DNA from: Anaeramoeba ignava BMAN
Taxonomy: Eukaryota; Protista; Anaeramoebae
Direction: 5' to 3'
DNA: 64,000 nucleotides
NCBI GenBank assembly: GCA_028826165.1
Contig: JAPDFW010000138.1
Coordinates: 1 to 64,000, forward strand
The number at the start of each line of letters is the position of its first letter. Within the stretch, counting starts at the first letter, position 1. A model generated the notes under the pieces. The model was given only the letters and a program-made list of their open reading frames with translations. It searched no databases and was not told the DNA's origin. Positions 56,396-64,000 of the stretch are shown piece after piece. Made by a program: the position numbers and the translations under genes.

Positions 56396-56494
56396 AAAAA
56401 AGAAAGAAAACAAAAAAATATTTTTTTATTTTTTATTTTTTTATTTTTTCATTTTTCATTTTTTCATTTTTTTTTTTCATTTTTTAAAAAAATT

Positions 56495-59400
56495 ATGGAT
56501 GAAAAAGAAGAAGAGAAATTTATTCAAGCAATTGATCTTGAATTAAAAAAAGAATCAAGATTAACAAAAAAACAATCAAAAATATTCCTTTCAGAACAAA
56601 TACCTCATCATAAAGAAAATCCAATTATTGAAGGACTTCTTGCAAAAGCAGCAAAATATTTTATTTCTAAAAATTATCAAAAAGTTAAATCAAAATATTA
56701 ATTAACAATAAATAAATCACTTTTAAATAATTTTATTTTAAGAATTTATAATTAAATTTATAATTAAATTTATAATTATATTTATAATTAAATATATAAT
56801 TAAATTTATAATTAAATTTATAATTAAATTTATAATTAAATTTATAATTAAATTTATAATTAAATTTATAATTAAATTTATAATTATATTTATAATTAAA
56901 TTTATAATAATATTTATAATTATATTTATAATTATATTTATAATTATATTTATAATTAAATTTATAATAAAAATTTATAATTAAATTTATAATTAAATTT
57001 TATAATTATATTTATAATTAAATTTTATAATTAAATTTATAATTATATTTATAATTAAATTTATAATTATATTTATAATTAAATTTATAATTAAATTTAT
57101 AATTATATTTATAATTAAATTTATAATTAAATTTATAATTATATTTATAATTAAATAATTCAAATTTATAATTAAATTTATAATTATATTTATAATTAAA
57201 TTTATAATTAAATTTTATAATTAAATTTTAATAATTAAATTTATAATAAAATTTATAATTAAATTTATAATTATATTTATAATTATATTTATAATTAAAT
57301 TAATAATTATATTTATAATTAAATTTATAATTATATTTATAATTAAATTTATAATTAAATTTATAATTAAATTTATAATTATATTTATATTTATTTAGGC
57401 TTTAAATATTTTATTAGAATTTATTAAAGATTATCCACATATTCTTGATGGATATAATCAACTTGCAACAATTTATTTTGAAATAGGTGATTTAGAAAAA
57501 GCATATGAAATGAGATTTAAAGAAGCACAATGTAAAGGATATAAAGCTTCACCAGAACAATTTTTTGAGCTTGGATTAGTTGCAAGGTAAAAAATATTCA
57601 AATAAAAAATATTCAAATAAAAAATATTCAAATAAAATTATTTATAAAAATATCCAAATTCATTTTAAATAAAATTAATTATAAAAAATATTCAAATAAA
57701 ATTATTTATAAAATTATTTATAAAATTTTAAATTAAACTAATTATAAATCCAAAAGAAAATTTGGAAAATTTAAAGAATCTTTACATTTCCTTCAAGAAA
57801 CAAGAAAAAGTTCTCCAAAAAATATCTCTGTTCTTTTTAATCTTGGTGTTACTCATATTGCTCTTGGAAATTATAGATTCGCAAAAAAATTTTTTGTTAA
57901 AACTTTAAGATCAGATACTTTTAATCTTCAAGCAGCAAAACATCTTTTAAAAGTAAAAAAATAATTATAAATAAATAAATAAAAAATATATATATATATA
58001 TAAGAATGTGCTTAAATTTTTGATTTAGATTCATCTTAGAAATCCTGATAAACATCGATTTAAACTTATTCCACTTTTATTTGAATTTATGGACAAATTG
58101 AAAAAATATAAAGTTTTTGATTTCCTTTTAATTAATTTATATGTTGATTTTTTAATGATAAGAAAATTTTATCCTTTTGCATTGAATTTTATTGAAAATG
58201 TTAAAAAAGAACTTGAAAAAACAAAAGACAAAAATGAACCCCAAAAGAATCAAGAAGAATCAATTCAATTATTAAACCAAAACGATGATGATTTCTTTAG
58301 AAATATGGACTTAGTTGATGAAAGTATTTTCCAAGATCGAAAAAGAAAAAATACAAAATCAACTAAAAAACAAAAAGAAAAACAGAAAGAAAACCAAAAA
58401 GGAGAAAATAAAGAGAAAGAAAAAAGAGAAATTAAAGAAATGGAAATTGATGAAATTGTGGATGATTCACTTGATGCAATTTTTCAATCAGAAATACTCA
58501 ATTTTCAAGTGAACAAAGAAAACGTCAATTTAAAACAAACAAGAATCAAAGTGTTGAAAAAAAACAAAGAATTGCCTCAAATTTTACTTGTTAAACAAGG
58601 AATCTGCGCAATTTATGTGAATGATTTTGATTTTGCAAAAGAATTATTTATTGAGTCTCAAATATTTGATTTGCCATTAAATCCAATTGTGATTTCTTTA
58701 TTAACCAATATATCAAGAGCTTATGTTGAAACTGGTGAATTTGAAAAAGCTTTACCAATTCTTGATTTACTCAAAGAAAACTCAAATCAAAATAAACCTT
58801 TTCCTTCTAAAGAAATGGAAAAAAAATTCATGAATAGAGATTTAATGATTGAATCACAATTTGATCCTCAAATAAATGAATTGGAAGTGCTTTTTTTGAA
58901 TGGAATTTGTTTTAAACAAATGCATAATTTTGATTCTGCTATTGAAAAATTAGAACAAGTTGTTAGTTTATCCAAAAATATTAAAAATACTTTGGAAAAA
59001 TACATTCCAACTCCAAAAAAAAGAAGAAAGAAAAGAGAAATGGAAATTGAAAATGAAAATCAAAATCAAATTGAAATTGAAAATGAAAATCAAAATGAAA
59101 ATCAAATTGAAAATGAAAATCAAAATCAAAATCAAAATCAAAATCAAAATCAAAATGAAAATAATTTAATTCAACAAATTTTAGAAACAAATCTTGAAAA
59201 TGATGAAAATCATAATCAACGTTTAATAGATCAAAATGAAGATTTTTCAACAACAAAATTAAAATCTTCTTTGAAATTAAATTATGATGCTCTTAATTCT
59301 CTTCTTGAAATATCTCAAGAACTTGAAAAAAATGAAAATATATCATTATTTAATCAAAAAATTGAAGAAATTAAAACAAAATATTCAAATTTTATTGGAA

Positions 59401-60680
59401 TTAAAACAGAAAAAATTAAGAAAGAAAAAAAAATTGTTACTAATCGTTTTGAAAGACAGAAAGTTGATGAAATTTGGATCGAATTAGAATATTCATTTCA
59501 AAATAAAGAAACTGGAGAAATTGAGGAAAAAAAACAAACTATCAACTCAAAAACTTTTATAAACAAAACAAATGATCATTTCCAAAAGAAAAAAATCAAC
59601 AAATTACTTTCTTATGGTTATCCTGTTGTTCTTGATTGTTTAAAAACTGAAGTGAAACTAACAAAAAAGAAAGTATGAAAAAAAAAACAAAGAAACAAAA
59701 AAATAAATTGATTTATAAATTTTGTTTCTCATTTTGAATTAATAAATCTGCTTTTTTTGTTTTAATAGCAAAAAAATAGTCCATCTTTACCAAAAATTCA
59801 AGAATCATTTTATCAAATTGAAAAATATCCCAAAATCAAATATTTCGAAGTTGGAAATTATCAAAATGAATTAAATAGTTTATATGATTCATTAAACGAT
59901 TTAGAATTTTATGAAATTGTAGCAATGATTGTCAGAAGTCTGCTTTATATTAATGAACCAGAAAAGGCAGCAACATTAACAAATCTATTTGAAATTTGTT
60001 TGGGAAAATTTACTTATGAAGTGAAATATCAAGTCGCATTTTTAACATCACAAGTTGCATTTGCAAATCAAAAATATCATCTTGTTTTGAATCTTCTCAG
60101 ACGATTGATTACTAATCATTGGAATACAAATCACTTGTGGAATTTATTCTCTCAAAGCGGACATTTTGTTTCTGATGAAATTGAATACAAAAAAATCAAA
60201 AATTTAATTTCCAAAAATTTGGATAATTTCCCATTGATTATTTTATCAGGTCATAATGCATTGAGAACAGGATCATTTGCTTTGGCAATTAAACAGTATT
60301 ATATTGCACTAATGAAGGAACCAAATGATCCTTTACTTTTGCTTTGTTTGGGTACTTCATATTTGCAGTTAATGATGTCAAAACAATGTCCTTCAAGACA
60401 TCAAACTTGTTTAAAAGGATTTGCGTTTCTTTCCAAATATTATCACCAAAGAAAACAAAGAAATCATCAAGAAGCTTGTTTTAATCTTGCAAGAGCTTTC
60501 CATCGTTTGAAAATTTATGACCATGCTGTTTTTTGGTATAAAAAAGCTTTGAATTTCCCAAGAAAAAATGATGGTCTTGATTTGCATTATGGGATTGCTT
60601 GGAATTTATCATTGATTTATTTGGATTCTGGAAATAAAACACTTGCTTCTTATATGATTAGAACTTATTGTTATATTTAA
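56495..60680 (+). CDS. GTF3C3: TFIIIC TPR subunit (Tfc4/tau131/GTF3C3), multi-exon
   Basis: Multiple TPRs. The C-terminus PNDPLLLLCLG..RHQTCLKGFAFLSKY..QEACFNLARAFHRL..AVFWYKKAL..IAWNLSLIYLDSGN..RTYCYI is characteristic of GTF3C3. Confidence 0.88.
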
Positions 60681-60732
60681 ATTTTAAAATATTATTTTTT
60701 ACTTTAATTTCCCAAATAAATTCTTTTTTTGT

Positions 60733-63700
60733 TTAAATTTCTTTTCTTATTTTTTCAAAATTTAAATTATCAAAGTTTCCTGTAAATTTTTCCATATTTG
60801 TAAATAATTTTTCAACACTTTGAAGACAAGGAAAATAACAAGAAATATAATTTGATGGTAATCTTTCTTCTTGAAAATCAAAAGGATCAAAATGAATTTC
60901 AGGAATTTTCTCTTTGTAAATAATATTGTGTTGAATCAAATCTTTTAATAATTTTTTAGTTTGTGTTTGATAGAAAATCACCATTTTGCTTTGTATTTGT
61001 TGAAAAGAAATTCCTGGATTTTGATTTATAGTCAATGTTAAATGGAAATAAATATAATCAAGTATTTTTTGATTTTGTTCCAAATTTGTTTCATCTGAAG
61101 TAAGTACAAATTTCTTAAAACAATCTGGTAAAATTTTTGATGAATTGTTTGATATCTGAATTTGAATATCTTCAATAAATTTGGTCAAAATGAAAAAATC
61201 AAGAAATTTTGTAATAATTTTAAATGAAATTAAAAGTGAAATGTAATCTTTGAAATTGAATTCAAAATCCGAAAAGGAAATTTTTGAGTTTCTTGTTAGT
61301 AATTTAGTTCTAAAATGGTTAAAGTTGAATATTAATTGTTTTTTTATAATTCCATCTTTTGCTTTTGATATAATTGAATATAATTTTTGGATTTCAAGAA
61401 TAAATATATTTAAATTTTTAATATTATTTCTAATAGAATTGATTAGTTCTTTGAGATCTTTATATTTAATTTCATTTTCAATTTTATTTTCAATTTGATT
61501 TTCATTTTTAATTTCATTTTCATTTTCAATTTCATTTTCAATTTCATTTTGATTTTGATTTTCATTTTCAATTTTATTTTCAATTTTATTTTCAATTTTA
61601 TTTTCAATTTGATTTTCATTTTCAATTTGATTTTCATTTTCATTTTCATTTTCAATTTGATTTTCAATTTGATTTTCAATTTTATTTTCAATTTTATTTT
61701 CAATTTTATTTTCAATTTTATTTTCATTTTTATTTTCATTTTCAATTTCATTTTCAATTTTATTTTTAATTTGATTTTGATTTTGATTTTCAATTTTAAT
61801 TTCATTTTCATTTTGATTTTGATTTTGATTTTTAATTTTAATTTCATTTTCAATTTTAATTTCATTTTCAATTTGATTTTCATTTTCATTTTGATTTTCA
61901 ATTTTATTTTCAATTTTAATTTCATTTTCAATTTTAATTTCATTTTCAATTTTATTTTCAATTTTATTTTCAATTTGATTTTGAATTTGATTTTGAATTT
62001 GATTTTGATTTTGATTTGATATTTTCTTTTTATTAATTCGAGGTCTTTTAATTTCTTGAAGATAATTAATTTCTTCATCATTTTCGTTTGAAAAAACAAT
62101 TGTTTCAATTAAATCTATAGAAGAAATAATCTCCTTAAAATTTTGAGAATGTTTTCCAAAATGATTATTTTCATTTTCATTTTCTTCAATTTTTTCTATT
62201 GAATTATCAAATTGGTTTTTTGAAAAGTTTTCTAATTGAGGAAAAATTAAATCAATATTAGCTAATTCTTGAGAAAATAATCCCAAAATAACAAAAAGGG
62301 TTTGAGATGATAAATATAATTGAGAAGAATTTGAATTTGTTTTTGAATGATAAATGATTGATTTTTCATTTTGATTTTTGTTTTTGTTTTTCATTTGAAA
62401 TTTCTTATATTCATCAATAATACCAGAAACTAATTTGATTGGAAAAGAATGTAAAGATAATTTTTGAGTAACCCAACTAATTAATTAAATTAAATGAAAA
62501 AATTAAATTAAATTAAATCAAATTAAATCAAATTAAATTAAATTAAATTAAATTAAATTAAATCAAATTAAATAAAATTAAATTAAATTAAATTAAATTA
62601 AATTAAATTAAATTAAATCAAATTAAATTAAATGAAATCAAATTAAATTAAATCAAATTAAATCAAATTAAATTAAATCAAATTAAATTAAATTAAATGA
62701 AAAAATTAAATTAAATTAAATTATTCTTACGATCGAAAACGATTTTTCTTTAAAATTGTGTTAATTGGTGAAGTTAGAAATTTTTCTTTTAATAGAAATC
62801 TAACACATTTATTAATTTCTCGATAACCAAATATTGATAATTTTTCAGCAATATAATTTGGATCAAATTCAGAAATTGGAGTTAAAAGAGTCATAATTAA
62901 TAGTTGAAAAATTACATGATAATTCAAATGATTTGCAAAATTGTTTTCTTCACAAAAATCATAAATTAATTTCTCAAGTGATTTTGATGTGTTGATATTG
63001 AATTCAAATAAATCTGTAATAGAAACAATATTTGATTTTGATGAATTAGATAGAAATTCTTCCGAAATTGGACTGAATAATTGAATTTCTGAACCTTCAA
63101 TTTCTGCAATAATATTCAAAATATCAATTTTTGTTTTGTTTCTCATTTCAGTTAAAATCATTCCTAGAAAATCAAGGAATTGTCGATCCTTCCTTTTAGC
63201 TCGTAAAAATTTCAATAATCTTGTTCTTTCAATTGTAGATGGAAATAATATTTCCCAATTAATTTTTGAAATAACATTTGTATTTGGAATAACTCTTGAA
63301 AGAAACAAAATTAATCCACTCAAAAGTATCTTTTGATTTTGAGTAAAATGTTCATCAGAAAGAATATATTTTGTAATTGGATTTTCTGTTGATTCAATTC
63401 TTTTTTGTATTATTTTTTGGATATTTTCTTTTGGATATGAACTTAGAAGTTGATGGATATGTTTTCTGAAAGAAATTTTTTTTTTTTTTGGAGAAGATTT
63501 TTTTGAACTTGATTTTTTCATCATTTTTTCATTTCTTTTAATTTGTTTTAATTCTTGGTTTTGTTCTTTGCGAATTTTATCGCCATGTTTAATAATTCTT
63601 TTCAAGTTTCTTTTCATTAATAAATCAGAATTTGCATCAATATCGATAATTGGAAAATAATATCTGAGTAATTTTTTAGGGAAAATTGATAAATTTGAAT

Positions 63701-64000
63701 ATAATCCAAGTTTATGATAATCATTGATATCAATTTGATTAAATAAATTATCTTCATTAGTAGGATCTTGTAGAAAATTTGGGAAAAAATCATTAGGATT
63801 TAAATTCATAAAATTTGTATTGAAATTGAAGTTCATATCCAAATCTACATCCATATTCATATCTATGTCTAAATCTAAAAGATTTAGATTTTCAAAGTAT
63901 TCATCATTTTTAATATTTATAATTTCATTTTGATTTTGATTTTGATTTTGATTTTGATTTTGATTTTGATTTTGATTTTGATTTTGATTTTGATTTTGAT
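60733..64000 (-). CDS. Probable TFIIIC large subunit (Tfc3/tau138/GTF3C1), 3' part only
   Basis: Intron 62730-62477. C-terminal winged-helix-like INQNPGISFQQIQ..KKLLKDLIQHNII..CYFP and LLTPISEFDP..LSIFGYREINKCVRFL resemble the Tfc3/GTF3C1 C-terminal blocks. Confidence 0.55.

Noticed and set aside
1-64000. Alternative genetic code, rRNA/tRNA genes, or recognisable transposase/RT/intein
   Set aside because: TAA, TAG and TGA all end conserved proteins at expected positions. I saw no structured RNA gene or transposase/RT/Hint motif, although small RNAs could be missed by eye.

Overview
Very AT-rich, gene-dense eukaryotic (protist) DNA. It uses the standard genetic code and GT-AG introns, many of them filled with simple repeats. 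The N/Q/E/K-rich proteins, BTB/RCC1/TLDc expansions and tandem TCATTT initiator-like motifs suggest a metamonad such as Anaeramoeba (inference only). Most short ORFs in the track are translations of microsatellites. Manual splicing recovers about 22 real genes. The most striking region is 3.4-23 kb. It holds two tandem copies of a cassette: a gene encoding MLKL/HeLo-like 4-helix bundle, NCS-like EF-hands, U-box, TPR, coiled coil and TLDc, transcribed head-to-head with a calmodulin-like gene. The cassettes are flanked by RCC1-BTB, BTB-TLDc and an intronless P-loop NTPase with a restriction-endonuclease-like (Crinkler-like) C-terminus. This looks like a candidate Ca2+-regulated cell-death/immunity locus. 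The rest of the window holds a RhoGEF, eIF6, MBF1, a cyclophilin, a TMEM214-like gene, a bacterial-type S66 peptidase with Cys at the nucleophile position, two tandem phospholipase B-like genes, a Rab and a USP25/28-like DUB. It also has an ApgM-type phosphoglycerate mutase head-to-head with a bacterial-type MggS-like glycosyltransferase, and two TFIIIC subunits tail-to-tail. All family assignments come from motif recognition by eye, without database searches.
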